Source: Pseudomonadales bacterium (GTDB lineage Bacteria > Pseudomonadota > Gammaproteobacteria > Pseudomonadales > Pseudohongiellaceae). From it: a stretch of DNA of 64,000 nucleotides. The notes below the pieces were generated by a model. That model had not been told where the DNA came from and did not search any database. It was given only the letters and a program-made list of their open reading frames with translations. The position numbers and the translations under genes were made by a program. The stretch is from assembly GCA_023268635.1 (NCBI GenBank), contig JALQUB010000077.1:34283-98282 (forward strand), written 5' to 3'. Positions 28,727-40,444 of the stretch are shown one piece after another (position 1 is the stretch's first letter; each line of letters opens with the position of its first letter).

Positions 28727-30349
28727 ATGCAGTTCCAACGAGATAAGAATAAAGTTGCCCAGCTGCAGGCCGCGCTGCAGGCGAGAGCAGCAACCCTTGT
28801 CCCGGCCCAACCAGGGTCCCGCACACTAGCCGAGTTATTCGATAAAGACCCAACCCGGGCGGATCACCTCAGCGCATCGCTCGGGGAGATTTACGTCGAT
28901 TATTCGAAGAATCTCATCGACTCGGAAACACTCGACACACTCGCTGATCTCGCTTCCGCCTGCGGCATGGAGCACGCGATCCAGGCATTAGTGAATGGTG
29001 AACCGCTTAATCACACCGAGCAGCGTGCCGCATTGCATACCGCACTTCGCGCCCAGGCTGAACAAACAGATCAGGCAGACCAAATAGCACAGTCAAGAGC
29101 CGCATTGCGTGAATTCGTGAGCCGAGTGCGAGCGAAAGAGTGGCTCGGTTTCGATGGCCGCCCGATCGAATCGATAGTCAATCTCGGCATAGGAGGCTCT
29201 GATCTCGGTCCGGCGATGGTAGTCGAGGCGCTAAGCAACTACGCCGAGGATGGACCACGAGTGCAGTTTGTTTCCAATATCGACCCAGCACATCTGAGCA
29301 GTGCGTTGAGAGATCTCGATCCTGCCACCACGTTATTTATCGTCGCGTCTAAGACCTTCACCACACAGGAGACACTCGCAAATGCGTCCGCCGCCCGTGC
29401 GTGGTTGCTCGAAGCTGCAGGAGGCGATCAGGATGCTATCGCCAAGCATTTTGTCGCCGCGACATCGAATGGCGAAGCCGCCAACGCATTTGGAATAACC
29501 GAAGACAATATCTTCGCTCTGTGGGACTGGGTAGGGGGGCGGTTCTCATTATGGTCAGCCATAGGATTGCCTATCGCACTCGCCATCGGATTCCCTAACT
29601 TCGAAGAGCTTCTCGCCGGCGCTCGAGAAATGGATAGACATTTTGCATCGGCAGAACCGAGGAAAAACCTGCCCGTACTGCTCGCGTTAATCAGCTTCTG
29701 GTACCGCCATTACTTTGACTCGACGAGTACCGCGATCGTCCCCTACTCTCAGAATCTCAGCCTCTTACCGGCCTATCTTCAGCAACTCCACATGGAGAGC
29801 TTGGGCAAGTCTGTTGACCGCGAAGATCGGCCTGTCGCATCGAGCACCTCCGAGATCATCTGGGGCAGCATTGGCAGCAATGGCCAACACTCCTATTTTC
29901 AGCACCTCCATCAGGGCACCCAATTCACGCCGGTTGAATTCATCGCCTGCGCAACGGCGACTGTGGATCACCGCGACGAACGACAATCGCTGCTATTGGC
30001 GAACTGCCTGAGCCAAGGATTCGCGCTCATGCAAGGCAACTTGAACACCGACAACCCTGCCCCACACGAGCGCGTGGCTGGCAATAAACCGAGCACGACG
30101 ATTCTGTTAAGACAGCTCTCACCCCACAATCTTGGCGCACTCATTGCGCTCTACGAACATCGCGTATTCGCATTGAGTGTGTTGTGGAATATCAACGCAT
30201 TTGACCAATGGGGCGTGGAGCTAGGGAAGCGCCTTTCTAAAGATGTTTATCAGGCGCTCACCGGCAGTCAAGAAGCTGCGTCGTCCTTAGATTCTTCGAC
30301 GCAGAAATTGATTGAGACACTTACAAGATGGGAGGGTGATCGCGACTAA
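28727..30349 (+). CDS. pgi: Glucose-6-phosphate isomerase
   Basis: PGI blocks [37 protein letters not shown] and the C-terminal DQWGVELGK. First ATG at 28727; the track ORF starts at a TTG at 28706. Confidence 0.9.
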   Translation: MQFQRDKNKVAQLQAALQARAATLVPAQPGSRTLAELFDKDPTRADHLSASLGEIYVDYSKNLIDSETLDTLADLASACGMEHAIQALVNGEPLNHTEQRAALHTALRAQAEQTDQADQIAQSRAALREFVSRVRAKEWLGFDGRPIESIVNLGIGGSDLGPAMVVEALSNYAEDGPRVQFVSNIDPAHLSSALRDLDPATTLFIVASKTFTTQETLANASAARAWLLEAAGGDQDAIAKHFVAATSNGEAANAFGITEDNIFALWDWVGGRFSLWSAIGLPIALAIGFPNFEELLAGAREMDRHFASAEPRKNLPVLLALISFWYRHYFDSTSTAIVPYSQNLSLLPAYLQQLHMESLGKSVDREDRPVASSTSEIIWGSIGSNGQHSYFQHLHQGTQFTPVEFIACATATVDHRDERQSLLLANCLSQGFALMQGNLNTDNPAPHERVAGNKPSTTILLRQLSPHNLGALIALYEHRVFALSVLWNINAFDQWGVELGKRLSKDVYQALTGSQEAASSLDSSTQKLIETLTRWEGDRD

Positions 30350-30666
30350 TCGATATACGAACAGCAATAGTCAGCGATCGCATTCACTTTCAGTTTGAAT
30401 GAAGAGTTCGCGGGCACATCGAACGATTCCCCGCCAACAATTTTTTGCCAGTCCTCACTACCGGGCAACAACACATCCATATCACCCGATAATATTTCCA
30501 TCACCTCAGCCTTCGCCGTTCCGAACTCATATTCACCCGGTAGCATTAGACCAAGCGACTTAGTCGTGCCATCGGCAAACTCAATAGTGCGACTCGACAC
30601 CTTGCCATCAAAATATACATTGGCGGCTTTTATGACGGTAACGTTTTCAAACTTACTCATCTTCAC
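30346..30666 (-). CDS. ppnP: Pyrimidine/purine nucleoside phosphorylase (YaiE/DUF1255 family)
   Basis: 106 aa, colinear with E. coli PpnP (..[12 protein letters not shown]...[15 protein letters not shown]...VLLPG..DWQ....G.SF.VP..S.F.L.V). Confidence 0.8.
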   Translation of the reverse strand: MKMSKFENVTVIKAANVYFDGKVSSRTIEFADGTTKSLGLMLPGEYEFGTAKAEVMEILSGDMDVLLPGSEDWQKIVGGESFDVPANSSFKLKVNAIADYCCSYID

Positions 30667-30714
30667 TCTTCCTCAATTATGGAATAACTAGCGCTGGGCG
30701 AAAAAAGCGCGAGT

Positions 30715-32067
30715 TTAGCTCATAAGACTCAATAATTCCTCAGTCTTTTCACGCATCAAAGCTTTATCTCCGCGCGACTCCACGTTGAGACGGACAACCG
30801 GCTCAGTATTGGAAAGTCGCAAGTTAAACCGCCAATCTGCGAAGCTCACACTTAAGCCATCTGTTTCATCGACCTCGAGCGCTGATTCTGCGTATTTTTC
30901 TCTCGCCGAATCGAGCAACGCTGCCGGATCGGCGATAGTGCGATTGATCTCCCCACTCGCGGGGAATGCTTTCATCCGCTCATCGACCAACTGGGAAAGT
31001 TTCTTTCCAGTAGAAGCCATCAGTGCCGTCACGAGCAGCCAAGGCACCATGCCACTATCGCTGTAATAGAAATCTCGGAAGTAATGATGCGCACTCATTT
31101 CGCCGCCATACACTGCGCCGACCTCCCGCATCGTCTCCTTCATGAAGGCATGTCCAGTCTTACTCTGAATTGCGGATCCGCCCGCCTTCGTAACGATCTC
31201 CTGGGTGTTCCAAGTAAGGCGGGGGTCGTGAACAATTTTCGCACCCGGCTCCTGCTCGACGAAGCGCTGCGCGAGCAAGCCCACCAGATAATAGCCCTCG
31301 ATAAAGCGACCGTTCTCATCGAAGAAAAAACAGCGATCGAAATCACCATCCCAGGCTATCCCCAAATCGGCTTGGTGTTCGAGTATCGCCGCTGTGGTTG
31401 GCGCTCGATTCTCTTCTAGCATTGGGTTTGGCACTCCGTTGGGGAAATTCCCATCGGGCTGATGATGTATCCGCACAAATTCGAAAGGCAACAAGGGTTC
31501 TAGCAAATCGATTGTTGCACCCGCGCCGCCGTTGCCCGCATTACACACAATTTTAAGTGCGGGCAATGCTGCGGGATTGATGTAGCTAAGCAGCTTCGAG
31601 ACGTAAGGCACCCGAAGATCGGCGAATGAGATGGCTCCTTGAGCACTCGCATCACTGAAAACGTTCTCTTCGGCGAGTCGTTTAATGTCTAACAAACCGC
31701 TGTCACCACTGATTGGCTCAGAACCCGCGGCGACGAATTTCATTCCATTATAATCTGCGGGATTGTGGCTTGCTGTGACCATGATGCCGCCATCGCAACC
31801 GAGGTGGCTGGTCGCGAAATAAATTTCTTCCGTCCCACACTGACCGATATTGGTGACATCGGCACCACCTTCGGTCAGACCACGGCTTAATGCTGCACAC
31901 AGGGCTTGGCTTGTTAAGCGAATGTCGAATCCCACCACCACGTGCTTCGGCTCGAATCGTGTAGCGAATGCACGTCCAATTCTGTAGGCAACATCTTCAT
32001 TGAGTTGATCGGGAATTTTCCCGCGGACATCGTAGGCTTTAAAACAAGCTAGCTCTTTCATAGTCAT
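30715..32067 (-). CDS. manB: Phosphomannomutase/phosphoglucomutase
   Basis: The N-terminus [10 protein letters not shown] and the phosphoserine loop [13 protein letters not shown], with a metal-binding block DGDFDR. Start ambiguous: TTG 32070, ATG 32067 or ATG 32061. Confidence 0.85.
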   Translation of the reverse strand: MTMKELACFKAYDVRGKIPDQLNEDVAYRIGRAFATRFEPKHVVVGFDIRLTSQALCAALSRGLTEGGADVTNIGQCGTEEIYFATSHLGCDGGIMVTASHNPADYNGMKFVAAGSEPISGDSGLLDIKRLAEENVFSDASAQGAISFADLRVPYVSKLLSYINPAALPALKIVCNAGNGGAGATIDLLEPLLPFEFVRIHHQPDGNFPNGVPNPMLEENRAPTTAAILEHQADLGIAWDGDFDRCFFFDENGRFIEGYYLVGLLAQRFVEQEPGAKIVHDPRLTWNTQEIVTKAGGSAIQSKTGHAFMKETMREVGAVYGGEMSAHHYFRDFYYSDSGMVPWLLVTALMASTGKKLSQLVDERMKAFPASGEINRTIADPAALLDSAREKYAESALEVDETDGLSVSFADWRFNLRLSNTEPVVRLNVESRGDKALMREKTEELLSLMS

Positions 32068-32108
32068 CAAATTTTCTTATCGGTTATGCAACGTTAGCGA
32101 GAAACCGC

Positions 32109-32942
32109 CTATGCGAGCGAGCGCTGATACAATTCATTCGTCGCCTCAATATAGCCATCGACACTGCCGCAATCGAAACGCCTACCTTCAAAACAGTAGC
32201 CGAGCACCTTCCCTTGGCTAGCAAGTGTTTGTAGCGCATCCGTCAGCTGAATTTCTCCATTTCTGCCTGGGGGAGTCGCGCGAATCGCATCAAAAATATC
32301 GGGCGTTAAAATATAACGACCGATAATCGCAAGATTGCTAGGCGCCACGTCCTGTTCGGGTTTCTCGACTAGACTGTCTACTCGATATAAGCCCGGCGAT
32401 TCCTCGCAGCCTGCAATCACACCGTAGCGCGACACCTGCTCCATCGGAACCTCCTCTATCGCAATGATGCAGCAGCGATGTTTTTCGTAAAGAGCGACCA
32501 TCTGTGAGAGCACCGAATCTTGTTCAGCCAGACAGAAGTCATCAGCAAGCACGACCGCGAACGGCTCATCGCCAATCAAGGACTCACCGACCAGAATGGC
32601 ATGACCGAGACCCAGCATTTCATTTTGACGCGTGTAGGAAAAACTGCAGCGCTCGATTATTTCCCGCGTGCTTTCGAGCAGGCTTTCTGTATCAGAGCCG
32701 GCAATCTGATGCTCGAGCTCGTAACTAATGTCAAAATGATCTTCGATTGCCCGCTTGCCACGACCGGTGACTATCGCCATCCCAGTAATACCCGCCGACA
32801 TCGCTTCTTCGACGCCATACTGTATAAGAGGCTTGGTGACTAAGGGCAGCATCTCCTTGGGCATTGCTTTGGTCGCGGGCAAAAATCGCGTCCCATAGCC
32901 CGCCGCAGGGAAGAGGCATTTTTTAATCGGGTAGGCGTCCAT
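32109..32942 (-). CDS. galU: UTP--glucose-1-phosphate uridylyltransferase
   Basis: KKCLFPAAGYGTRFLPATKAMPKEMLP and the VEKP block. Start set at the ATG at 32942 (MDAYPIKK); even this start overlaps the upstream manC by 20 nt. Confidence 0.85.
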   Translation of the reverse strand: MDAYPIKKCLFPAAGYGTRFLPATKAMPKEMLPLVTKPLIQYGVEEAMSAGITGMAIVTGRGKRAIEDHFDISYELEHQIAGSDTESLLESTREIIERCSFSYTRQNEMLGLGHAILVGESLIGDEPFAVVLADDFCLAEQDSVLSQMVALYEKHRCCIIAIEEVPMEQVSRYGVIAGCEESPGLYRVDSLVEKPEQDVAPSNLAIIGRYILTPDIFDAIRATPPGRNGEIQLTDALQTLASQGKVLGYCFEGRRFDCGSVDGYIEATNELYQRSLA

Positions 32943-34398
32943 AATTATCCTCGAAGCGTTCAATGTCATCTTCACCAAGATAGTCACCCGCCTGCACTTC
33001 GATGAGTTCGATTGACGTCGATCCCAAATTGCTCAGACGATGCTTGCTTCCTTTTGGTATGAATGTCGATTCGTTAACCTGCAAATCGATTATCTTGCCA
33101 TCGCACTCGACACGGCCCACGCCACTCAGCATGACCCAATGTTCCGCGCGATGTTGATGCGACTGTAGCGACAGAGCAGACTTCGGGTTAACCGATATCC
33201 GCTTCACCTGAAATCCCTTGCCGACCGCCAAGGTCTCAAAGCTACCCCAGGGGCGTCGCTCTCGACGATGCGCCACACACTCAGTGCGGCCTAACTGTTG
33301 TAAGCGATCGACGATCTGCTTCACACTCTGCGCATCGCTCCTATTCGCTACCAGCACGGCGTCGGGGGTCTCGATGATTATCGCATCACGCATACCAACC
33401 GCCGACACCAATCTCGATTCCGACTGGATATAGCTGCGTTTCACATTTTCTGTCAGGACATCGCCGCTAATCACATTCTCGTCATCGTCTTTCGTTTGCA
33501 CAGCCCACAATGCATCCCATGCACCTAAGTCGTTCCAGCCCGCACTCAAGGGCACGGCCGCCACCGCATCCCCCGCCTTCTCCATCACCGCATAATCAAT
33601 AGATTCCGAACGACAAGCGTGGAAAAGAGAATCGGGAATGGTAGAAAAATCATCCCCCCGCTCGAGCGCCGCATGCGTGGCCTCGCAGCTTGCGAAAATG
33701 TCCGCCGCATGAAGTTTCAAATGCTGAAGGAACACAGATGCACGGAATAGGAACATGCCACTATTCCAGTAATAACCACCATCTTCTACGTAGGCCTTCG
33801 CGGTCGCTAAATCTGGTTTCTCGACAAATCGCAGAACGTCGACACCACCACCGTCAATTTGTTCACCCTGCTGCAAATAGCCATAACCCGTCTCCGGTCC
33901 GCGCGGTGGGATTCCAAAGGTGACGAGTCGAGCGGAGGCGGCGAGCGTCCGTGCTCGATTTATCGCCGCATGTAAGGGTTCGACTTCTTCGATGAGGTGA
34001 TCTGCCGGCAAGACGAGCATCAACGGATCATCACCGTCCCGCATCGCCTCCATTGCTGCCAACGCGATGGCTGGTGCGGTATTACGCCCATACGGCTCAA
34101 GCAGTATTTTCCCATCGATACCGATTTGCCTCAGCTGCTCCGCAACTACAAACCGGTGATCGTTGCCACACACCACTAGGGGATCAGTTAAGCCAGCGAT
34201 GCCCTTCAAGCGCTCTAAGGTATTTTGAAACAAGGAGCCATTCACTCGGGGGATGGCGATGTACTGCTTAGGCAAGAGTGCCCGGGACACCGGCCATAGC
34301 CTAGAGCCGACGCCTCCTGAGATCACTACAGGCACTATCGCCTCGAGAGTCGGGACGCGGGGATCATCTGTAGCATTTGGATTATTGATTTGTGTCAC
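32923..34398 (-). CDS. manC: Bifunctional mannose-1-phosphate guanylyltransferase / mannose-6-phosphate isomerase (type II PMI-GMP)
   Basis: N-terminal nucleotidyltransferase block (ISGGVGSRLWPVSR), C-terminal cupin with RPWG.F and the HRAEHW motif; 491 aa. Confidence 0.85.
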   Translation of the reverse strand: MTQINNPNATDDPRVPTLEAIVPVVISGGVGSRLWPVSRALLPKQYIAIPRVNGSLFQNTLERLKGIAGLTDPLVVCGNDHRFVVAEQLRQIGIDGKILLEPYGRNTAPAIALAAMEAMRDGDDPLMLVLPADHLIEEVEPLHAAINRARTLAASARLVTFGIPPRGPETGYGYLQQGEQIDGGGVDVLRFVEKPDLATAKAYVEDGGYYWNSGMFLFRASVFLQHLKLHAADIFASCEATHAALERGDDFSTIPDSLFHACRSESIDYAVMEKAGDAVAAVPLSAGWNDLGAWDALWAVQTKDDDENVISGDVLTENVKRSYIQSESRLVSAVGMRDAIIIETPDAVLVANRSDAQSVKQIVDRLQQLGRTECVAHRRERRPWGSFETLAVGKGFQVKRISVNPKSALSLQSHQHRAEHWVMLSGVGRVECDGKIIDLQVNESTFIPKGSKHRLSNLGSTSIELIEVQAGDYLGEDDIERFEDNYGRLPD

Positions 34399-34601
34399 TG
34401 AGAGCGGTCTCTTGGGCCTGACAGCGACGCGCCGCCTTGTTTAATCGTGCCATTCTAGCAAACAATTGCGATATTCAATAAATCGATGCGTTGGCACACC
34501 GACTTGATAATGTTCGATTATTTTGCCGTGTCGCGATACCATCCCAATCAAATGAATTAACGCCGCAGGTCACATTCGGCGGTAAAAGGAATCGATAGAA
34601 C

Positions 34602-35138
34602 ATGAGTGATGCTAAATTCGTCTTCGAGCCAAAGAGCTCTTATTCATTACAAGAGCTAATCGACTGCGGCCATGGTCGTCTATTTGGCCCAGGTAATCCG
34701 GGATTACCGATCGACAATATGCTCATGCTAGACCGCATCACACATATCTCGGACGAGGGCGGTGAATTCGGCCGCGGGAAAATTATCGCCGAGTTAGACA
34801 TCACACCCGACCTCTGGTTCTTTGAGTGTCACTTCCCAGGCGATCCGGTTATGCCCGGCTGTCTCGGCTTGGATGCACTCTGGCAACTCGTAGGCTTCTG
34901 GCTAGGTTGGACTGGCCGCGAAGGTCGAGGCCGTGCACTAGGAGTTGGCGAGGTGAAGTTCACGGGCGAAATATTGCCGACTTCAAAATTGGTTACCTAC
35001 GAACTCGATATCAGCCGCACAATCGATCGCAAACTCATTATGGGAATAGCAGACGGCACGGTTTCTGTCGATGGTCGTGAAATCTACACTACGAAAGGCC
35101 TCAAAGTGGGTCTCTTTAAGCGCGGCATGTCGATGTAA
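34602..35138 (+). CDS. fabA: 3-hydroxydecanoyl-ACP dehydratase/isomerase
   Basis: [24 protein letters not shown] active-site block; immediately followed by fabB. Confidence 0.9.
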   Translation: MSDAKFVFEPKSSYSLQELIDCGHGRLFGPGNPGLPIDNMLMLDRITHISDEGGEFGRGKIIAELDITPDLWFFECHFPGDPVMPGCLGLDALWQLVGFWLGWTGREGRGRALGVGEVKFTGEILPTSKLVTYELDISRTIDRKLIMGIADGTVSVDGREIYTTKGLKVGLFKRGMSM

Positions 35139-35188
35139 AGACAAGCAGCGAACGAATACAAATTGAAGAAAAACTGATTGGTGAATGC

Positions 35189-36406
35189 ATGCGTCGCGTA
35201 GTCGTTACAGGTATTGGAATAGTCTCCTGCCTAGGAAACAATAAAGATTCAGTTCTCGAGTCACTGCAGCTTGGCCGCAGTGGTATCAAGCACAACCAAA
35301 GCTATGTCGACATAGGCATGCGCAGCCATATTAGTGGCAGCGTCGACATCAATGCCGAAGAGCTCATAGACCGTAAACTCTATCGTTTCATGGGCGACGC
35401 CGCGGCCTACGCCTACCTCTCGATGAAGGAAGCCGTTGAGGATTCCGGCCTGACTGAAGATCAAGTCTCCAATATCCGCACAGGACTCGTTGTTGGCTCT
35501 GGCGGCGGCTCTTCTGAACAGCAGCTCGAATCCACCGATATCATGCGCGAGAAAGGCTTGCGCCGAGTCGGGCCTTATCGAATCACTCGCACGATGAGCA
35601 GCACCGTGTCTGCCTGTCTCGCAACACCCTTCAAGATTAAAGGCGTGAACTACAGCATTTCGTCTGCCTGTGCGACCAGTGCCCACTGCATAGGCAACGC
35701 GGCCGAACTTATCCAACTCGGCAAGCAAGACATCGTTTTCGCGGGCGGTGGTGAGGCTGAACACTGGACGATGTCGCATATGTTCGACGCCATGGGCGCC
35801 CTGTCTACGAACTATAATGAAACCCCAGACAAGGCTTCGCGTGCGTTCGACGCTGACCGAGACGGCTTCGTCATCGCGGGCGGCGGTGCCGTGCTGGTCA
35901 TGGAAGAACTGGAGCATGCACTTGCGAGGGGGGCTAAGATTTACGCCGAACTCACAGGTTATGGTGCGACGTCAGACGGCTACGACATGGTCGCCCCTTC
36001 CGGCGAGGGCGGCGCACGCGCCATGCAGATGGCGATAGAAGGCCTAGAGGGTGATGTCGACTATATCAACACCCACGGCACCAGCACACCGGCCGGAGAT
36101 GTCTCCGAACTCAAGGCTATCCGCAGCGTATTTGGCGACAAGGTTCCGACCCTCAACTCCACTAAATCGCTTAGCGGCCATTCACTCGGGGCAGCGGGCG
36201 CGCAGGAAGCGATCTACAGCCTACTGATGATGGAAAACAATTTTATCGCAGCGTCGGCCAACGTCGACACGCTCGACCCGGAAGCCGAGGGCATGCCTGT
36301 TGCCATCCAACGCATCGACGACATCAAGCTGAATCGCGTGATGTCCAATAGCTTCGGCTTCGGTGGCACTAACGCAAGTTTGGTATTTGACCGCTACGAC
36401 GGCTAA
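35189..36406 (+). CDS. fabB: 3-oxoacyl-ACP synthase I
   Basis: KAS I blocks: active-site [18 protein letters not shown], and [13 protein letters not shown]. Confidence 0.9.
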   Translation: MRRVVVTGIGIVSCLGNNKDSVLESLQLGRSGIKHNQSYVDIGMRSHISGSVDINAEELIDRKLYRFMGDAAAYAYLSMKEAVEDSGLTEDQVSNIRTGLVVGSGGGSSEQQLESTDIMREKGLRRVGPYRITRTMSSTVSACLATPFKIKGVNYSISSACATSAHCIGNAAELIQLGKQDIVFAGGGEAEHWTMSHMFDAMGALSTNYNETPDKASRAFDADRDGFVIAGGGAVLVMEELEHALARGAKIYAELTGYGATSDGYDMVAPSGEGGARAMQMAIEGLEGDVDYINTHGTSTPAGDVSELKAIRSVFGDKVPTLNSTKSLSGHSLGAAGAQEAIYSLLMMENNFIAASANVDTLDPEAEGMPVAIQRIDDIKLNRVMSNSFGFGGTNASLVFDRYDG

Positions 36407-36427
36407 ACGATTAAACGGAGGGTAGTC

Positions 36428-36898
36428 TTGAGATTCGCTCCACGACTGGGATTAAGCTTATTGCTCGCCTGCCTTTTAGGCATAGGGCAGGCTCAGGCGC
36501 AGTTCGGCGGACGCGGAATCTCCGGGCTCGAACGCAACGACACTCCCCGTGTCTTACCGGCCGAGGAGGCGTTCCCCTTCACCGTCAGCGCCCGCCGTGG
36601 CAATGAGATTTTGCTCACCTGGATACCCGTGTCCGAACACTATCTCTACCGCCACCGATTCGCTTTCTCTCTTCTCAATGCGGGGGAAGAGGCGATCCCA
36701 CTCTCATTCTCGCTACCTGCAGGAAAGTCGACGGAAGACGAGTTCTTCGGCGCTATCGAGGCTTATTTTGATGCAGTGACGGTCACCGTTGACCTGGGCA
36801 CAGTACCCAATGCCGACAGCGAGTTAGAGATACATTACCAAGGATGCGCGGAATGGGGGTTTTGCTACCCGCCGCAGGTCATCACTCTCGCCCTGTAA
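36428..36898 (+). CDS. Stand-alone DsbD N-terminal (alpha) domain protein, periplasmic
   Basis: TTG start 5 nt after GGAGGG; signal peptide ..GIGQAQA. Colinear with E. coli nDsbD: PAEEAFPF, LTWIPVSEHYLYR, EDEFFG, and the redox motif YQGCAEWGFCYPP. The ORF ends 7 codons after that motif, with no membrane or thioredoxin domain. Confidence 0.75.
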   Translation: MRFAPRLGLSLLLACLLGIGQAQAQFGGRGISGLERNDTPRVLPAEEAFPFTVSARRGNEILLTWIPVSEHYLYRHRFAFSLLNAGEEAIPLSFSLPAGKSTEDEFFGAIEAYFDAVTVTVDLGTVPNADSELEIHYQGCAEWGFCYPPQVITLAL

Positions 36899-37026
36899 GG
36901 ACATCAGCTTTCTTGCCAAACCCTCACTTTATCTAGTGAAATCACGAGTAATTTCTGCGAAAATGCTCTAAAAATTGGCAATTAATCAGGAAAATCGCGC
37001 AATTCGCGACGGGAACAGCAAAGCTT

Positions 37027-37461
37027 ATGGCAACAATACTCGTCCTGCATGGCCCCAATCTCAACCTCCTCGGAACTCGAGAGCCGGAAATTTATGGAAG
37101 CGACACCCTCGACGACATCAATATGCGCTTAGGGACCGCCTGCATGGAAGCCGGCCACAACTTCGACAATTTCCAGAGCAATAGCGAGGGCGAGCTTATC
37201 GACCGCATCCATTTGGCACGCTCGGCCAAGGTGGATTTCATGCTCGTCAACTTTGGCGGCTACACCCATACCAGCGTCGCGCTGAGAGATGCCATGATCG
37301 CTTCGGATATTCCATTCATCGAAGTGCATCTGTCTAATTTGTACAAACGAGAAGAATTTCGACAGCACTCCTTTTTCTCCGACATCGCCGAGGGCTGCAT
37401 CATCGGTTTAGGCGCTCAAGGTTACGAACTCGCCTTAGACGCGGCATTACGCCGCGTTTAA
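37027..37461 (+). CDS. aroQ: 3-dehydroquinate dehydratase, type II
   Basis: [21 protein letters not shown] and HLSN..REEFR motifs; 144 aa. Confidence 0.9.
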   Translation: MATILVLHGPNLNLLGTREPEIYGSDTLDDINMRLGTACMEAGHNFDNFQSNSEGELIDRIHLARSAKVDFMLVNFGGYTHTSVALRDAMIASDIPFIEVHLSNLYKREEFRQHSFFSDIAEGCIIGLGAQGYELALDAALRRV

Positions 37462-37537
37462 AGGCTGAAAATAATTAAACAAACTACGAAATCATCGATT
37501 CACAGTACCAAGATTCACCTATAGAGGTTACGACACC

Positions 37538-37996
37538 ATGGATATTAGGAAGGTTAAAAAACTCATCGAACTGCTTGAAGCATCAGACATCGCTGAGATC
37601 GAAATTCAAGAAGGCGAAGAGTCCGTTAGAATCAGTCGTGGTACTAGCGCGCCGATTCCCCAGGCCGTTTCCTACCAAGCGGCAGCCCCCGCACCCGCTC
37701 CAGCGCCTGCTACGGTAGCAGCAGCACCGAGCGCACCTGCGGCAGCCGCCCCTTCATTAGATGGCAATGTCGTTAAATCACCCATGGTTGGCACGTTCTA
37801 TCGAGCCCCCTCACCTTCTTCTCCTCCTTTTGTCGAAGTTGGCAAACACGTTAAGGCCGGCGATGTGATTTGTATTGTCGAAGCGATGAAGATGATGAAT
37901 CAAATCGAAGCAGACCACTCAGGTGTCGTCGAAGCGATCCTCGTGCAAGACGGCGAACCTGTCGAATTCGATCAGCCCCTCGTCACCATCGTTTAG
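37538..37996 (+). CDS. accB: Acetyl-CoA carboxylase biotin carboxyl carrier protein
   Basis: Ala/Pro-rich linker and the biotinylation motif EAMKMMN. Confidence 0.9.
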   Translation: MDIRKVKKLIELLEASDIAEIEIQEGEESVRISRGTSAPIPQAVSYQAAAPAPAPAPATVAAAPSAPAAAAPSLDGNVVKSPMVGTFYRAPSPSSPPFVEVGKHVKAGDVICIVEAMKMMNQIEADHSGVVEAILVQDGEPVEFDQPLVTIV

Positions 37997-38052
37997 TGTC
38001 ATAGCGGCCGGTTCCGCCGGTCGTACAACCTTACTCATAAGGGGTTCGCTCA

Positions 38053-39393
38053 ATGCTCGAAAAAGTCCTTATAGCCAACCGCGGCGAAATCGCTTTACGC
38101 GTCTTGCGTGCCTGCAAGCAGCTAGGCATAAAGACCGTCGCCGTCCATTCCACGGCTGACAAAGATCTCATGCATGTCCATCTGGCCGATGAATCTGTCT
38201 GCATAGGTCCAGCAAGCCCGACCGAAAGCTATCTCAACACACCGGCAATTATTGCGGCGATGGAAGTCACTCACGCCAATGCTGTACACCCAGGATATGG
38301 CTTCCTCTCTGAAAACGCCGACTTCGCCGAACAAGTAGAGAATAGCGGCTTCACGTTTATCGGACCCACCGCGGAAACGATCCGCATGATGGGCGACAAA
38401 GTTTCCGCAATCCAGATGATGATCGATGCAGGCGTGCCTACAGTGCCCGGCTCAAATGGCCCGCTCGACCATGACGACTCGCGAACACTTAAGATTGCAC
38501 GAGAAATTGGTTTTCCAGTTATCATCAAGGCGGCGGCCGGCGGCGGTGGACGAGGCATGCGCGTCGTCCACGATGAAGACGAATTATTAAAAGCTGTTCA
38601 TGTAACACAAACCGAGGCGAAAACCTTCTTCGGCAGTGGCATAGTCTATTTAGAAAAATTTTTAGAAAACCCTCGCCATGTAGAGATCCAAGTAATTGGT
38701 GACGGTAAAGGCAACGCCTTATGCCTCGGCGATCGCGACTGCTCACTTCAACGTCGTCACCAGAAGGTCATCGAGGAAGCGCCGGCACCAGGAATCCCTC
38801 AGCATGTGCGCGATGAAGTGGCTGCCACCTGCATCCGCGCCTGTGAAAAGATGAAATATCGTGGCGCGGGGACGTTAGAGTTTCTCTATCAAGATGAACG
38901 ATTCTATTTCATTGAAATGAACACGCGAGTCCAGGTAGAACACCCTGTCACCGAACAGATCACCGGAATCGACATCGTAAAAGAACAACTCCTGATCGCA
39001 GGCGGAGCGTCGCTCAGCTATCAGCAATCGGATGTCCAGATCAAAGGCCACTCGATCGAATGCCGAATCAATGCGGAAGATCCAGTTTCCTTTCTTCCCA
39101 GCCCAGGCAATATCAAGATGTTCCATGCTCCCGGCGGGCTTGGCGTGCGCGTAGACTCTCATATCTACAGCGGCTACACAGTCCCTCCCCATTACGACTC
39201 GCTCATCGCGAAACTAATTTGCACGGGAGACACACGCGAACAGGCATTGAAAAGAATGGAAATCGCACTTGATGAAATGCTCATCAGCGGCATCAAGAGC
39301 AATATAAATCTCCACAAAGACCTCATTCGAGACCCTGGATTCCAAAAAGGTGGCGTCAACATTCATTACTTAGAGAATAAACTCAAACTGTAA
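38053..39393 (+). CDS. accC: Acetyl-CoA carboxylase biotin carboxylase subunit
   Basis: [14 protein letters not shown], the ATP-grasp glycine loop (GGGGRGMR), and [14 protein letters not shown]. Confidence 0.9.
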   Translation: MLEKVLIANRGEIALRVLRACKQLGIKTVAVHSTADKDLMHVHLADESVCIGPASPTESYLNTPAIIAAMEVTHANAVHPGYGFLSENADFAEQVENSGFTFIGPTAETIRMMGDKVSAIQMMIDAGVPTVPGSNGPLDHDDSRTLKIAREIGFPVIIKAAAGGGGRGMRVVHDEDELLKAVHVTQTEAKTFFGSGIVYLEKFLENPRHVEIQVIGDGKGNALCLGDRDCSLQRRHQKVIEEAPAPGIPQHVRDEVAATCIRACEKMKYRGAGTLEFLYQDERFYFIEMNTRVQVEHPVTEQITGIDIVKEQLLIAGGASLSYQQSDVQIKGHSIECRINAEDPVSFLPSPGNIKMFHAPGGLGVRVDSHIYSGYTVPPHYDSLIAKLICTGDTREQALKRMEIALDEMLISGIKSNINLHKDLIRDPGFQKGGVNIHYLENKLKL

Positions 39394-39409
39394 TTTTAGT
39401 TATCGCCTC

Positions 39410-39450
39410 GATGCCTTTGCAGTAACAGCTATTGTTAGTGCAGAGGCATC
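39410..39450 (+). terminator. Long imperfect hairpin after accC (possible attenuator, terminator or RNA-stability element)
   Basis: GATGCCTTTGCAGTAACA-GCTAT-TGTTAGTGCAGAGGCATC: an 18-position stem with one mismatch and one G-U. It is followed only by a weak T-containing tract (TCTAAATTCT). Confidence 0.4.
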
Positions 39451-39506
39451 TCTAAATTCTGCACAAGCATTATCATTCCCGCTCACCACCTACTGGAACG
39501 CCGCGC

Positions 39507-40400
39507 ATGAATTGGCAGCAGCTCAAAATTCAGATCCATCCCGAACACCTCGATTTCATCGAAGCACAGTTATTGAACGCCGGGGCCGTTTCGATCACCT
39601 ACTTAGATGCCGAAGATCAACCCATTTTCCAAATTGAATTAGGCAGCACTCCACTTTGGGACAATTTAGTCTTGTGCGCCCTATTTGAAGAAAGCGTCGA
39701 GCTCGACTCCTTGCTGACTTGGTTGCACAAGAACCCCGTCATCGAGAATCGTGCAACACTGGCAGTCGAGACGCTAGCGGATCAGGCTTGGGAACGGAGC
39801 TGGATGGACAGCTTTTCAGCAATGCAATTTGGAGAAAAGCTTTGGATATGCCCGAGTTGGCAAGAGCCTCCCGATGCGGATGCGATTAACATCATGCTAG
39901 ATCCCGGACTCGCCTTTGGCAGCGGCAGCCACGGTACAACATCCTTATGCTTACAATGGCTCGCACAGGAAGACCTCAACAACTGCCGCGTAGTGGACTA
40001 CGGTTGTGGTTCGGGAATCCTCGCTATTGCAGCGGCATTATTGGGGGCAGCATCGATCGACGCGATAGACAATGATCCGCAAGCCATCCTTGCGACCGAG
40101 GATAATTGCGCGCGAAACGGACTCAAACCGAATCGGATAGCCACCTATCTCCCCGACGAATTCGACAAGCAAAGTGAGCCAGCCTGCGTCGATATTTTGC
40201 TCGCCAACATACTGGCCGAGCCACTCCACAGCCTCGCCGGAAAATTTACGAAACTGGTTAGACCCGGCGGTACAATCGTTTTATCTGGCTTGCTCGCGGA
40301 CCAGGCAGCTGAAATCATCGAACGCTATAGCGAATGGTTCGACATGAGCGCACCGGTACAACTGGAAGATTGGATTCGCCTCACCGGAATTCGCCGTTAA
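39507..40400 (+). CDS. prmA: Ribosomal protein L11 methyltransferase
   Basis: The blocks FGSGSHGTTSLCL and VVDYGCGSGILAIAA (SAM motif I); position after accBC, as in other gammaproteobacteria. Confidence 0.85.
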   Translation: MNWQQLKIQIHPEHLDFIEAQLLNAGAVSITYLDAEDQPIFQIELGSTPLWDNLVLCALFEESVELDSLLTWLHKNPVIENRATLAVETLADQAWERSWMDSFSAMQFGEKLWICPSWQEPPDADAINIMLDPGLAFGSGSHGTTSLCLQWLAQEDLNNCRVVDYGCGSGILAIAAALLGAASIDAIDNDPQAILATEDNCARNGLKPNRIATYLPDEFDKQSEPACVDILLANILAEPLHSLAGKFTKLVRPGGTIVLSGLLADQAAEIIERYSEWFDMSAPVQLEDWIRLTGIRR

Positions 40401-40444
40401 AACCTTCCGATGGAAAGAAGTGCGATCGAGAGAAGGACGATGGG

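Noticed and set aside
35261-35917. Long antisense ORFs inside strongly supported genes: 218 aa in fabB; also 48847..49449 in trpD, 52443..52931 in trpE, 43463..43870 in purH, 56821..57300 in lptD and 18235..18630 at the racemase start
   Set aside because: Such stop-free antisense frames are expected opposite highly codon-biased, GC-leaning genes. None has an RBS or a recognisable motif, and all of the host genes are intact and conserved.
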